Position numbers and translations under genes: made by a program. DNA of 52,798 bases. Source: Octopus sinensis (taxonomy: Eukaryota). Below are positions 38,707 through 52,798 of this stretch, one piece after another. Positions within the stretch are counted from its first letter, which is position 1. Every line of letters begins with the position of its first letter. The notes under the pieces are model-generated. The model saw only the letters and a list, made by a program, of their open reading frames with translations, made no database searches and was not told where the DNA came from. Location: assembly GCF_006345805.1 (NCBI RefSeq), contig NW_021834149.1, positions 1 to 52,798 on the forward strand, written 5' to 3'.

Positions 38707-39672
38707 ATGTGGTGCTGAGATTTCTGCGCTTGTTGTGACAGTTCTCAAGGATCATACGATTGATTAGCAGTTGATCTTTGCATCCGTAAGAGCCTCGGCG
38801 GCACCCTTTTTGTTCAATGGGGAAAATATCGTTCTTCTCCATGAATGCATATGTTTTCTCCGCCAGGATAGATGTTAGGATTTTATACGTGGTGGATAGA
38901 CAGGTTATAGGCCGATAGTTTTTTGGAAGGTTGGTTTCGTTATTCTTTGGGAGTAGGTAAGTAATGCCACTTGCTAACCATTCAGGTGTTTTCTTTGGGT
39001 CTCTCAAAATTCCATTGAGCAGCTGAACTAGCTTACCGTGTGCGCACGGGAGCGATGCGAGCCAGAAATTCGGCCCTATCTTTACCGGGGATTTCCAATT
39101 ATGGGCCTTCGTGACTGCCTTTCTTAGGTCTGCTATTGTGATGTCTTCCCATGCTTGTTGTTGTAAATTTTGGTAGGATCTTTCAGTTTGTATAATCCAG
39201 TCTGCATTTATGTTGTACGTCTTCTTGTCACTCCAAATCCTTTCCCAAAAGTTTTGAACTTCTTCCATGGGAGGGGGGTCTTTAACGGTTACTTTCTCCT
39301 TCCCTATTTCTCTGTAGAATTTTTTGGCATTGGATGTGAACAGCTTATTTTGCTTGAAAACTTGTTTCTCTTCTCAAATCTTCGTATTCTTTGGGCTTTT
39401 GCTTGGACTTTTTGTTTCAGCGTTTCTTTTATTGATATCAGTTCTTCTCTTGGTGAGGATCCAAATTTTCTCTTCATCTTTCTTCCTGTTCTGGATCTTA
39501 CATCATTTCCACATATTAGTTCATTTAATATTGATATTTCCCCTCTCATAAATTCAATCTCTTTTTCAATTTTACTTCTCCAGGTTTGATTTCTTCCCAG
39601 GTTTTGTTTTCTTTGTTTTTTCGGGGGAATACAGCTGGTTTCAATTGCCCTAGCAGAAGCGTAAATAAGTTC
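38705..39672 (-). pseudogene. Upstream part of the same ORF (RT domains 0-2), frameshifted and truncated
   Basis: NWKSP...FWL, GITYLLPK, NYRPITCLSTTYKILT, EQKGCRRGSYGCKDQLLIN; upstream KQKVQAKAQRIRRFEKR. Confidence 0.9.
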
Positions 39673-39703
<31 letters not shown>

Positions 39704-39729
39704 TATTATTATTATTATATTATTATTAG

Positions 39730-39760
<31 letters not shown>

Positions 39761-39864
39761 TATCTTAGATTATATTTTATTATATTATTATTATTATATT
39801 ATTATTATCATTATATTATTATTATTATTATTTTATTATCATTATTATTATTATTATTATTATA

Positions 39865-39903
<39 letters not shown>

Positions 39904-40089
39904 CATTATTATTATTATTATTATTATTATTTATTATTATTATTATTATCATATTATTATTATTATTATCATTATTATTATTATTACTATTATTATCATT
40001 ATTATTATTGTTATTATATTATTATTATTATCATATTATTATTATTATTATTATTATTATTATCATTATTATTATTATTATTATTATGA

Positions 40090-40120
<31 letters not shown>

Positions 40121-40289
40121 CATTATTATTATTATTATTATATTATTATTATTATTATTATTATTATATTATCATTATTATTATTATTATATTATTATTA
40201 TTATTATTATATTATCAATATTATTATTATTATTATATTATTATTATTATATTATTATTATTATTATATTATCATTATTATTATTATTT

Positions 40290-40600
40290 AAGACGTCGCA
40301 CAGCATCCAATATCCTGATGTTGATTGAGAATATTGTGTCTCCGGGGTTTTATACTGTCTCTCAAGTCACAACAAGGACCTCGGGCAGACAATACTTTAT
40401 GCAATATGCTTGCAGTTCCAAGTAATGCCGATTTTTGCAATACACCAAGATCGTAGGGTATTTCTAATGTTTCCGGATGTTTTTCAGGTTGGGTGGTATT
40501 GAACCCAATGCTCCGATGACAATAGGGACAAATTGTGTTTGACTGTCGTAGCTCCTACATCTTAGCGATCTCAGTTCTCAGGTCTCCATATTCATCAATC
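40290..40600 (-). mobile_element. 3' fragment of a different RLE family
   Basis: YGDLRTEIAKM..VPIVIGALGSIPP..LGVLQKSALLGTASIL. Confidence 0.8.
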
Positions 40601-40627
40601 AATTCTCTTTATTATTATTATTATTAT

Positions 40628-41445
40628 TTCTTTTTATCACAGGTTTTGTTGGAGCACCTGGAGTCTTGCATGCGTAACAGGCTTTCTACCTGCAGCCTAC
40701 GGTACCATGCTTTTCAGCTATCTAATACTTTCCTGATTTTTCTGGCTGTGCTAAAAAGGCAAACGTTTTGTAAGAGTTCTACTGGGCACTCTATTCCAAT
40801 TTCCTGTGGGTAGCAGGTTACTACCAGTAACCTTGAGTAGCCACACGTTTCCAGTCGTCTTAGAACCCTCCTGGTAATCCTTGCTGTCCCGAAGATCTCT
40901 ACCGAGCATTTTATTCCAATCTCCTTCGACCATTTCTCTATATATTGGCTTACTCTTCCCAACGCATCAAATTCTTCTTATTTCAAACTTTAAGGGATTG
41001 TACCTTTTCTTCCTCTTTCTTTTCAATCCTGCAATCAAATGTACATGATGTGTCTATCAGTAAGCAACTTCCCTTTTCCTTATCTACAATCTTTATCTCT
41101 GGTCTATTATTTTCAAATTTCTTGTCTGAATTGGAAAGTCCCACAAAATCTTCCATTTTTCTGACTCCAATACTCTTCAACTCGATGATTGTACCATGTG
41201 TTTTCAGCTTCAAATCTCCATTTCTGGCACAGTTTCCAGTGTAGAAATTCTACAGTCTGGTCGTGCCTTCATTTCTTATTTTCTTCCTGTGCCAACTTCG
41301 GGCATTCTCCCACGATGTGTGCCACTGTCTCGTTCCAAGTTCCACAGGCTCTACATTTTCCTGGCACATTCTCTCCATATATTTTTTAAGGTGTTTGTTT
41401 CATCGCTTGATTTTGGGCTGCTACAATTAGCTTCTGTGTTTCTTT
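40628..41445 (-). mobile_element. Two adjacent older RLE 3' fragments (40628-40815 and 40816-41445)
   Basis: IGIECPVELLQNVCLFSTARKIRKVL; LIVAAQNQA, ETVAHIVGEC, NRPEIKIVDKEKGSCLLID, GTARITRRVL. Confidence 0.8.
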
Positions 41446-41529
41446 TATTATTATTATTGTTGTTGTTGTTGTTGTTGTTGCTGTTGTTGTTGTTGTTGTT
41501 GTTGTTGTTATTGTTGTTGTTGTTATATC

Positions 41530-42375
41530 TTTTACGCTTACTTTGTATTTGTACAAGTTGACTCCGAGTCTCACCCAGAGACCTCAAGAGACAACAAGCT
41601 AGAAGTTCAAGTTGATATTATGCCTAGAGTGTCATATATTTGCACAAAGTATTGTCCTAGAGAATGTTTTTTAAGAAAACATAAGAAAATTATAAGTTTA
41701 TTTTAAAATTTGAGATTACATAGACAGTATTTTGCATAGGATATGGGCAGTTCCTATGAGCACTATCTTTTGTATTTCTACCATTCTGGAGTTTCTTGGT
41801 ATCTGAGCTAGGTAGAAATCAGCCCCTTTTGCTATCATTCCTAGGGCACCTTTGTCAACAGGTATTGCTTTAGTCTTGAGGTTCCACATTTTGCCAATTT
41901 CTACTTCCAGATCTTTATACTTGCTCAGTTTTGGGAAGGTCTTGACAGAAACACTTATGTCGACTGGGACAGTCATATCAATGAGGCGGCATGTTTTTTG
42001 TCTGAAGTCCTTCGATATAATCTTTCAGTCTGAACGGTGAAGTTCCAGAGGAATGAGATGTGATCATTTTCAAGCACTAGATGTGCTTTGTGTTTCCACC
42101 AGTTTTCATCATGGGGCAGGTCCAAGTTCTTGCAAATTACCCAGTGAATATATTGCCCTGCTGTATTGCTGTATCATGCCTGTTGAGATACCCTGTAGGC
42201 ACAAGAAGACTGCACATGGAGACAACATGATCAACGGTTTTACTTTGCTGTTGAAACCCACATGTTGGGCAACTGCCGTTCTTTAATATGTTGCCATGGT
42301 AGCTGCTTCTAGGGAGGCATTGATCTTGGGCTGCTATGATAAGCCCTTCTGTTTCTGTTTTCCAGGTTACCATTG
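41530..42375 (-). mobile_element. Older RLE 3' fragment related to copies A/B
   Basis: ETEGLIIAAQDQCL...TVDHVVSMC...RHD and KLSKYKDLEVEIGKMWNLK...GALGMI...IQKIVLIGTAHIL..ILSM*. Confidence 0.88.
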
Positions 42376-42510
42376 GTCAAATTTCTTTAGATAAAAGAGA
42401 TTGTCTCTTCGTGCCCAGTCGTAGAAGCTAGCCAGCAGGGACCTCGTTTTATATGTGTGTCTTGTGGACAACAAATGAAACATTATTAAAAAGTATACGT
42501 TATCACTACA

Positions 42511-42547
<37 letters not shown>

Positions 42548-42767
42548 TTGCTTCTTCTGCTACTACAGCTACTACTACTACTACTACTACTACTACTATT
42601 ACTGCTACTGCTACTAGTAAGATAATAATGATGATAACGATGATGATGATGATAATGACATTGAGGATGTTGACTGATGGTAATAGTTGTGGTGGTGGTG
42701 ATGATAACGATGATGATGATATTATCAAAATCACTATCGCCACAACTACAGCCATCATTCCACTACT

Positions 42768-42879
<112 letters not shown>

Positions 42880-43042
42880 TCACCCCCACCCCCACCCCGA
42901 CGACTACCATCAGTGAACATCATTGTCATCATTATCATACTCATCATCTTCATTATCTTCAGAATTGCAGTCATCATCATCATCAACACCACTACTATCT
43001 CCCCGTCATCATCGTCGTCATCGTCATATTCATCATCTTTAT

Positions 43043-43077
<35 letters not shown>

Positions 43078-43317
43078 CCTTTCTCTCGCCGTTCTCTATT
43101 ACCGCAAATGCTCTGCTCCGTAATATAATTCATTATTGAGCTGTCAAACTTGAATGACGTCTGAAGCACGAGTTATTATAACTTTGCTCGTTGCCAATTG
43201 AATGGCGACGTAGAGAGACAAACATACATATATATACATACACACAAACAAACACACACACATATATATATATATATATACACTTACATATATACATGTA
43301 TACATATGCATACATAT

Positions 43318-43367
<50 letters not shown>

Positions 43368-43465
43368 TTATGCAAATACATATACATCCATACATTCATA
43401 TGCATACACACACATTCACATATATATAAAATATATATATTCATGTGTGTGTGTGAGAGAGAGAG

Positions 43466-43527
<62 letters not shown>

Positions 43528-43889
43528 ATTGTTGTATGTTCCCGGCGTTTGGAAATCGGAGAGAATCACGATTTTAAAGCGAAGTCCTCAGCACTGAGTA
43601 GATTTATCATTAAAATAATGATTCTTACGAGATTAGTTTATCGTGTGTGTGTGTGTGTGTGTTTGTCTGTTTGGATGAGTGTGTATATGTGTGTGTATGC
43701 GTTTGTTTGTGTGTGTGTGTGTGTGTGCGTTTGTTTGCTTTTGTGCGGATGCGTGTGTGTGTGTTTGTGTGTGTTTGTGTGTATGTAAATATATAGGGAG
43801 AATAAGCGAGAGGGAGAAAGAAAAAAGGAAGGAAGGAAGGAAAGAAAGGAAGAAAGAAGGGAAGAAAGAAAGAAAGAATGAATGAAAGA

Positions 43890-44241
43890 AAGAAGGAAAT
43901 AACCTGAATATTTTATCTCTTTTTTGTGATATGTGTATGTGTGTGTGTGCATGTGTGTGTGCGTGTGTGTGTGCATGTGTGTGTGTGCATGTGTGTGTGC
44001 ATGAGTGTGTGTGTGTGTGTTTGAGTGTGTGTATGTGTGTGTGTGTGGTGTGTGTGTGTGTGTGTATAGGTATATACAACTATATGTGTGTATCTTTTTG
44101 TTTTTGTGTTTGTCCGCTAGCATCGCTTCACTAGTATTGGTTTGTTTCCGTCCATGACCATTAGCGGTTCGGTAAAAAGTGTCCGATAGAATAAGTACTA
44201 GGGTTTAAAGAAAAGAAAAAGGAAGAAAAGTAAGGAAGGAA

Positions 44242-44273
<32 letters not shown>

Positions 44274-44617
44274 GAAGAAGGGAATAACCTGAATATTTCA
44301 TCTCTTTTTTGTGATGTGTATGTGTGTGTGCGTGTGTGTGTGTGCATGTGTGTGTGTGCATGTGTGTGTGCATGAGTGTGTGTGTGTGTTTGAGTGTGTG
44401 TATGTGTGTGTGTGTGTGTGTGTGTGGTGGTGTGTGTGTGTATAGGTATATACAACTATATGTGTGTATCTTTTTGTTTTTGTGTTTGTCCGCTAGCATC
44501 GCTTCACTAGTATTGGTTTGTTTCCGTCCATGACCATTAGCGGTTCGGTAAAAAGTGTCCGATAGAATAAGTACTAGGGTTTAAAGAAAAGAAAAAGGAA
44601 GAAAAGTAAGGAAGGAA

Positions 44618-44649
<32 letters not shown>

Positions 44650-44988
44650 GAAGAAGGAATAACCTGAATATTTCATCTCTTTTTTGTGATGTGTATGTGT
44701 GTGTGCGTGTGTGTGTGTGCATGTGTGTGTGTGCATGTGTGTGTGCATGAGTGTGTGTGTGTGTGTTTGAGTGTGTGTATGTGTGTGTGTGTGTGTGTGT
44801 GGTGGTGTGTGTGTGTATAGGTATATACAACTATATGTGTGTATCTTTTTGTTTTTGTGTTTGTCCGCTAGCATCGCTTCACTAGTATTGGTTTGTTTCC
44901 GTCCATGACCATTAGCGGTTCGGTAAAAAGTGTCCGATAGAATAAGTACTAGGGTTTAAAGAAAAGAAAAAGGAAGAAAAGTAAGGAA

Positions 44989-45029
<41 letters not shown>

Positions 45030-45075
45030 GAAGAAGGGAATAACCTGAATATTTCATCTCTTTTTTGTGATGTGT
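43890..45075 (+). repeat. Tandem triplication, ~375 bp unit (SINE C tail + GAAA + TG repeats)
   Basis: ctagcatcgcttcactagtattgg at ~44118, ~44493 and ~44868; aataacctgaatattt occurs four times. Confidence 0.92.
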
Positions 45076-45267
45076 ATGTGTGTGTGTGCGTGCGTGCGTG
45101 TGTGTGTGTGTGTATCTTTGCGTGTGTATTTGTCCACCACCACCGCTTGACAACTGATATTTGTTTGTTTATGTCCCCGTAACTTAGTAATTCGGTAAAA
45201 GAAACCGATAGAACCAGGATAACAAAAAAGTGGGACTGATGTTGATTTGTTCGACTAAAAATTTTTC

Positions 45268-45455
45268 AAGGCGGCAAGATGGCAGAATCGTTAGGACGCC
45301 AGGCAAAATGCTTAGCGACATTTCATTCTTAACGTTCAGAGTTCTAATTACCGCCGAGGTCGACTTTGCTTTTCGTCCTTTCGGGGTCGATAAAAACTTA
45401 CCTGTTGAGTACTGGGGTCGGTCTAATCGATTTACTTCACCCTCTCTTGAACTTG
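45268..45455 (+). mobile_element. SINE family A
   Basis: ggcagaatcgttagg...gccgaggtcgactttgc...tactggggtc. Confidence 0.85.
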
Positions 45456-45479
45456 CCAGACTTTCCTTCTCCAAAATTC

Positions 45480-45610
45480 ACTCACAAGGTGTTGGTCGAC
45501 CCGTGGTCATAACAGAAAACACTAGCTCAAGGTGCCACACAGTGGGACTGAACCCGAAGCAAAAACGCCAGCAAAAGGATCGTCTTAACACACAGCCATG
45601 TCTGCACCTA
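45480..45610 (-). mobile_element. SINE family C 5' fragment
   Basis: Reverse complement contains tggctgtgtg...gggttcagtcccactgtgtggcaccttgagc. Confidence 0.7.
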
Positions 45611-45784
45611 TTCTTGTTTTGCGTATAAAACTTTTAATTTAGCGCCATTCTACAAAAGAGTCATCGCCGCCCCGCCCCCCCCCCCGAGAAAGTCCAACAC
45701 TGTGTCAAGACCGACACACAGAACAAATTTATAACCAATCAGAACTCTTCAATATTGATGACGTATTACTAGTCTGGTTATAAA

Positions 45785-45995
45785 GACAGCGAGCTGGCAG
45801 AATCGTTAGCACACCGGGCGAGATGCTTAGCAGTATTTCATCTGTCTTTGTGTTCTGAGTTCAAATTCCGCCGAGGTCGACTTTGCCTTTCATCCTTTCA
45901 GGATCGATAAATTAAGTACCAGTTGTGTACTGGGATCCATGTAATTGACTGGCCCCCTCCCAAAAAATTCCCGGCCTTGTGCCTAGAGTAGAAAC
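45785..45995 (+). mobile_element. SINE family A
   Basis: Full head-to-tail match to the other copies. Confidence 0.9.
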
Positions 45996-46769
45996 GATTA
46001 CTAGCCTAGTTATTGTATAAACTTAATTTTCCGAAGAAATTTATTTTAGAATTTTTTTCCGTTCTCGAAATTTTTTTCTGAAATTCTTTCTTCTTGCAGT
46101 TCCATTCTTATTTTTTATTTGTTCGTATTTTTGCTCAACTAAGAAAATGAAATTCTGCCGCGTAATAACTCTTATGAAATGTTTTTAATAAACAATATTT
46201 ATTTTGTGAATAATTTCTACCATGAACATATTTGAGTTATTACGCTTGTCCGTTCTCAGATAGCTTCTTTCCAGAATCACCGTTCATTGCTACACATGGT
46301 GAACAAGTTATCATGTCGACTAACAACTGTCGACTTGCCTTTAATTCTATTCTTCTAAATACAAAATATCTCTACATGGAATTATATTGCTGCAATGGAT
46401 GTTGTTTAACTTTATCTGCTACATTCTTCACTGATTTCTTTTTTTGCTTTTGCTTTTGTTTTTACTTTGGACATTTTCTCTGAATTCCACGTAATCCAGT
46501 TATGTTATTAGAAGAATTAAATAATTTTTAGAGCAGAGGTACTTCTTATCTTCTTTTCTTCTTATTCTATCTCTTCAGTTTTTTTTCCCCTTAATGGTAA
46601 AATTAGTATCACTTGATATCACAGACTGCATAAACGTCATGCGAAAAATTCTTGAAACCTCGAAGATACAGCAAATTTTTGGCAGTACATTCACTGCCTC
46701 TTTAATTTTCTTCTTTGACACGGAACAACAGGATTTTCCTGTAACATGTCTCCTGCATATAAAGGTTCC

Positions 46770-46975
46770 AATTTTTAGCACGGGGTCAACAGTTCCGAAG
46801 GAGCGGGTAAGTCGATTTTCACCGACCCAGTGTTCAACTGATACTCATTTTATCGACCCCCGAAAGAATGAAAAGAAGAGTCGACCTCGGTGGAATTTGA
46901 ACTCAAGAACTTAAAGACAGGCGAAATGCCGCTAAGTGTTTTGCCAGGCGTGCTAATGGTTCTGCCAGGTCGCTG
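46770..46975 (-). mobile_element. SINE family A
   Basis: gtcgacctcggtggaatttgaactc...gaaatgccgctaag...ttctgccagg. Confidence 0.85.
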
Positions 46976-46979
46976 TCTT

Positions 46980-48150
46980 CTCCTTCGACATAGAACACAG
47001 CTGTTCCGTTTGAAGGAAAATTGATATGAACACAGGCGCTTACAGTAAGCTCGATTACATTAAATTCACGCAGCTTCTCCGATGGCCATATTTTCAAATC
47101 AAAAAACAAAAAATTCTTCACGCCGGTGTTCCTACATCTCGATGGATTCTCGGCCTGTCAGAGGGAAATGGTGATACCATTATACATTCGATGCCAACGC
47201 TCGTCAGCCTTATTCCCTTCAACAATTTTCTTCTTCTTAATAGGGAAACCACCCAAATAGCAATTAGAAATGACAGAGTTACCTGGATTCTACACTTCGA
47301 ACCAATCACTTCTTTCATATTTACGACAAAGCAACTTAAACTCGTATACGGTTACTGAAGTTAGCATTTTACAGTATCCGCAACACATTTTCGTGGCAAC
47401 AAGCCCACTGAGATAGTTCTTCAAACAATGAATCATTCTTCCATTGCCATCTGTGATGAAAAATCTATGACACTAGATCGCGGTATTCATAGAATTTTTC
47501 AATGGACTCACCTGACTTGCCAACAACAATTCCCAGACCAGATATTCGTCGTCATTTTCTTATGCACATCAAACCTCCTCATCTTATTGATTCTGCCACC
47601 AATCTTACCTTAAACGATATTAACTTTCTGATAACATCTGCCTTGTCTTAGTGACATCTTCAGGTCGGTTTGAGACTCTTTCGTAAATAAGAATTTACTC
47701 GTTCCCTGTTCAGCAGAAACGGAACAACGTGCACCGTTACTCTTGGCACTGAGACATGCCGACCACTTGTGTCTGCTAAAACAAGAAATCTCATTCCTGA
47801 TCGTCGCCAAGCAAGAAGTCAACAACAAACTGGAATACGGAATTATTGACCCCTCCACACTGGTGAAACACCTGGCCCTAATATTTCCAATAGACTAGGC
47901 TTTGCTAAATCTCCTTAACGACCATGTGGTGATGTTAAACCGGATAACGGATTAAACGACACAGATCGTCATTACATCCGCCTTTGTGACATTTGCATCA
48001 TAATAAATCAGAATATTATATAAAAAAATATTTCTTATCAGTGAAATATATCAACCGTTCTGGACTTTGACCTATTTTACAAAGTACTACGCTATCAAAT
48101 CAATATTTCCAAAGCCTTTGATTAACGCCTTCGATAGAATTGTGAGACGT
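46980..48150 (+). pseudogene. Possible very old APE-type LINE (CR1/Jockey-like) relic
   Basis: aat att tcc aaa gcc ttt gat = NISKAFD near 48100, an RT motif; the rest is coding-like but broken. Confidence 0.35.
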
Positions 48151-48486
48151 CTATGAAAAATGGTATTAAGTGAAACCTCAACCGAACGCTATACAAAACA
48201 AAATGTATTTTCTTTCCGTGGTTCTTATTGTTGTTTGTTTTGTTGTTGCTTTTTGTTGTTATTACCGTCGTTTTTAGCAGAGATTCGATAGAATTTTATG
48301 CTACACACACACTCACACACATACACATATGCATACACACACACACACAGATGTACCAGCATATACACACATACACACATACATACACACATGCTAGACA
48401 CGATCTCATACCAAACTGAGATGTGCTCCAGGCTATGATGTGCTCAATGATGTACTAGGAAGCTACATACGCAGCACCGTCAATAT

Positions 48487-48523
<37 letters not shown>

Positions 48524-48538
48524 TTTAGGATTTCACGT

Positions 48539-49090
48539 AGGCGGCAATCTGGCAGAATCGTTAGCATGCCGGACAAAATGCTTGGTGGCATTTCGTCCGT
48601 CTTCTTGTTATGAGTTCAAATGCCGTAAAGGTCAACTTTGCTTTCATCCTTTGGGACCAATTGACCAATGGGGACGATGAAATTGATTTTCCTGCCACCC
48701 TGAAATTGATGGTCAATTACCAAACTTTAGGATTTTTTCTGGCTCATTATATCTTGAGTTCAAATCCCATCGAGGTTAACATTGCCTTTCAGCCTCTCAG
48801 AGTCCAATAAACTACAGTACCCATGAAGTACTGGGGTCTGTAGTATCGCCTAACCCCTTCTCCAAACTGGTCGCTTGCGGCCTCAATCAGAAACCATTAT
48901 TTATGATTAGCAAGGCGGCGAGCTGACAGAATCGTTAGCACTCTGGACAAAATGCTTAGCTACGTTCTGAGTTCAAATTCCTCCGAGGTCGACTTTACTT
49001 TTCTTCCTTTCGTGGTCGATAAAATAAGTACCAGTGAAAGACCCCCTTTCCCCAAAAATTTCAGGCCTTGTGCCTATAGTAGAAAGGATT
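48539..49090 (+). mobile_element. Three head-to-tail SINE family A copies or fragments
   Basis: tgagttcaaat B-box region at ~48611, ~48755 and ~48968. Confidence 0.85.
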
Positions 49091-49109
49091 GTTGTAAAAA
49101 AATGATAGA

Positions 49110-49570
49110 CAAGGCGCGTGGGTTAATGGTTAGGGTTAATGGTTAGGGTACCCAGTTGACGATTATAAGGTCGTTAATTTCACGAGCTGGCTATCCCGTT
49201 GAGCGGATCAACTGGAACCCTCATCATCGTAACCAGCATAGTACCAGAGAGAGAATCTATAATTTGTGTGAAGGCACGTGGCTTAGTGGTTAGGGTATTC
49301 GGCTCATGACCGTAAGGTCATGAGTTCGATTCCCGGCGGGGCATTGTGTCCTTCAGCAAGGCACTTTATTTATCGCTGATCTAGTCCATTCAGCTGGCAA
49401 AAATGAGTTGTACCTGTAATTCAAAGGAATGACCTTGTCACAGTGATAACTACGTTAAGGGCATAGGTGTCTGTGGAGTACTCAGCCACTTGCACGTTAA
49501 TTTTACGATGAAGCTGTTCCGTTGATCGTATAAACTGTAACACTCGTCCTCGTAACCGACGAAGAACCAG
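49110..49570 (+). mobile_element. Two SINE family B-type copies (first internally deleted, second near full length from ~49270)
   Basis: aggcacgtggcttagtggttagggta A-box, gagttcgattccc B-box; shared tail ttaatttcacga..ccgttga..aactggaaccctc. Confidence 0.8.
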
Positions 49571-50818
49571 GATTTATTAACCTGTAGACTGTAGCTTATT
49601 ATACAACATCTATTAACTGAGCTGCAAACTGCGATATATATATATCAGATTATACAATAAACAAAAATACGTTGAGGGATTTTATATTCCCCCAAAATCT
49701 CATAGACATCGAAACATGTTTCAGTCACTGACTGATATACGCTGTAGTTGTTGCTTAATCCCAGGTCGACTCTGACCTACAATCAAACCATGACCATCCC
49801 GTCTTTTTTCAGACCCCTTGTAACCCCGTTTCAGCCCTCTTGTAACCCAAATTTATATTATCTCCTGTACCTTGTTTTAAGACAGCAAGATGTGGCTCCA
49901 GTGAGATTTGACTGCTATTTCTAAGAAAAGAGTGACCACCTAGAGGGTGCCTCATCGCTACATGTGAATTCTTTCTGTGTGTAAGTATTTTAATTGGTTT
50001 TTATATTAAAGTGTTTCATTTAGAGTGTAACTCAGTCAAAAGCAAAATGCGGGCCGCGGGACTTTCTGAATGACAAGAGTGCTAAAAAAAAATACATTGA
50101 ATATATTTTAAGTGCGGCCCGCCTGATGATGAGCTATGCCTCCTGCGGCTCGCTTCTCAAAAAAACAAAAACAAAAGACTTGTCTATGCTGGTGTAACCC
50201 GTCTTTACATAATGTTTTGGGCTGAACACGCAGCACAGCACAACTGGCAAGCAGCAATCAAACGCGAAACCGTTGGCCATTTCAGTTGATTGTACGATTA
50301 GAGTCAGTTGAGTCAGCCATCTTAGAACAGAGCTTTAGACAGAAAGATGTAAATCGAGGCGTTGCAATAATTTCACCTTTGATCTACTTCATGCACTGGT
50401 TTATCATAGCTATAAATATACACACACATATACACACGTACATATACACATACATGCATACATACACATATATATATATATGCATATATATATGCATATG
50501 TACATATACATGTACATATACATGTATGTGCGTATATATATATATATGTATGTGTGTATATAAAAGCTATCTGTTATTAAGTTATATCAAATATATATCA
50601 TCAGTTCTCACCTTTGACCTATATCTTCCCATTTATTATCGCTTTGAAAAAAGACACCAAAGACCATCATATATTTTCCTCGTAAAATATATTTGATCTG
50701 CGCGTGTGTATATATGCATATGTGTGTGAGAGTGTGTCTGTGTGTGTGTTTGTGCGTATGTGTGTTTGTGTGCGCATGTATGTACGTATGTATGTATGTA
50801 CGTACGTATGTATGCATG

Positions 50819-50852
<34 letters not shown>

Positions 50853-51348
50853 TGTATGTATGTATGTATGCATAGACGAGTATATGAACACACACTCATA
50901 TATGTAATATACATATTTTTGCGTATATGCTTAGAGTATGGTGTATATGTATGTAGATATATGTGTAAATGTGTATATATACACATACGTACATGTGAAT
51001 ATGTATATACGGGCATATATGTGTGTGCGCGTGAGTATGTGTGAGGGTGTGTGTTTATATACAAGAGCATGTGCGTATGCGTGCATATATATATATATAT
51101 ATACATACATATATGTACATGCACATATATACGCATACTTCTATGTGTAAACGCGTTTATATATGTACATGTATGTGTATACGAATTTATATACACATCA
51201 TAGATACGAATATGTGTATGTACATGTATGTGTATGTACATGTATGTGTATATGCGTATCTGTACATATACACACATATATTGGTGTATATGCGCATATA
51301 CACGTATCTATGTTTGTATGTTTAATACTTACGCTCATGTATGTCAGC

Positions 51349-51397
<49 letters not shown>

Positions 51398-51984
51398 TAA
51401 TCAATATATATAACAATATATAATTGTTAATATATATATATATGTATATATATACATATATATATATATATGAGTGTGTGTACATTTGTATGCATGTACC
51501 ACAATTACATATACTTGTACATATATATATGCATACATACACATATATATATACATATACATATATATATATGCGTGTGTGTATGTATATACGTATATGC
51601 GCATACATGCTGACATATATTTATGTATTTGCATATAGGTAAATGTATATATGTGTGTGTGTCTATGTGTGTGTGTGTGCGTGTGCGTGTGTCTATGTGT
51701 GTGTGCGTGTGCATGTGTGTGTAGAAGACTTGTATCTCATTAATGTCCATGAAATATGCATATACTTTCCATTACTATCTGCTCCAGTACATTATCATGT
51801 TAAACTTTGACCTTTGACCTCCGAGATTATCTGACCTTTGTATCTGAAACGTTTGTCTTAATGCTGAAGAAATAATTCAGGCCCTTACACCCTCACCATT
51901 CACCCCCTAATCGCCTCCCCCCCCCCACACACACACGTTCCCACTACTACACTGATATTCCCTCCTCCCTCTATATGACATTCA

Positions 51985-52165
51985 TAATTTTTCCCGCAAA
52001 ACCTGAAGTTTGTGGGAACGAGGCTGGTCGATGATTGGTCCTTATTTGATCTACTTCAAAAGGCAGAAAAGCAATGTCGACTTCAGAGGAATTTGAACTC
52101 AGAACGTAGAACCGAAAGAAATGCCGTAGACCATTTTTCTCGACTCGGTAACCACTCTGCCAGCA
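51985..52165 (-). mobile_element. SINE family A, degraded
   Basis: gtcgacttcagaggaatttgaactcagaacgt...ctctgccagc. Confidence 0.8.
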
Positions 52166-52798
52166 CACCAGTTTCCTGCCATCATTTATTTTAAACACTG
52201 CACGCAAGAACCTCAATGCGCAAAGTTGAACTTGTTAAAATTAATAGCCAGATTTCCCTCGAACGAACCATTCTTAACCATTTTTTGTACCCGTTTGTTC
52301 TGGCGGAAGAATCTACCACCAATTCCTTAACAGACCGCTCTGGGTACGTGACTCGTGAGTGTTTTAACGACGTCTTTTTTTTTTTTTTTTTTTGAACAGT
52401 TGAAAGGAGGTGGCTGCAAAGGAAACATAGGGAAGGATTGAATTGTGGGAAGGAAAGAAGGACTTGCATTGGGCCTGAGGTGGTGGAAGTGGACACAATG
52501 AGGGTGAAGAGAGGTAGAGGGGTGAGTGAATCGGATGGAGAGTGGAGGTCACAGGTGACCAATCCGCTCTGTGCAACTTAGGTCATTATGATAATGGCGG
52601 GAAAGGCTAAGAAAATAACAGAGGTTGAGAGAAATGAGCAAAAGAGAGAGACTTAATGGGGGGAGGGGATATGAATTGTCTTTTCTGTGGATGTGGTGGA
52701 GGATGTCGGTGTAACAATATCGATGATGTCCCGATGCTGGTGGTGGTAGTGGTGGTGGTGGTGGTGGTGGTGGTGGTGGTGGTGGCGGCGGTGGCGGA

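Noticed and set aside
49120-49150. ggttaggg repeats resembling telomeric TTAGGG
   Set aside because: Local duplication within a SINE A-box region; only two copies
50120-50135. ctgatga within a gcggcccgc-containing segment
   Set aside because: No GAAA or stems; the region looks more like a decayed hAT-type MITE, too weak to call

Overview
Microsatellite-saturated, AT-rich eukaryotic repeat DNA. The SINE families and repeat landscape suggest a cephalopod, probably Octopus (inference, no search run). No host protein-coding gene is supported, and almost all six-frame ORFs are microsatellite artefacts. Two systems stand out. (1) At least seven minimal type I hammerhead ribozyme motifs of the Penelope-like element (PLE)/retrozyme kind, mostly in short non-coding inserts within or next to (TA)n. 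Four are stacked in 4.8-6.5 kb. One lies in a 507-bp direct-repeat-bounded, highly structured unit. Two carry compensatory swaps of the core 3-8 pair (U3-A8 at 4811-4851, G3-C8 at 13729-13779). (2) A roughly 10-kb co-oriented stack of R4/Dong-type RLE non-LTR retrotransposons in (TAA)n at 32.5-42.4 kb. It holds two near-identical young copies with RT, zinc knuckle and PD-(D/E)xK endonuclease, four older 3' fragments, and a 556-bp non-coding passenger. The rest is tRNA-derived SINEs, Tc1/mariner relics and MITEs, foldback palindromes, an initiator tRNA-Met pseudogene, a TGACTCA-rich minisatellite and a 375-bp tandem triplication. All RNA folds were read by eye, and boundaries of old relics are approximate.
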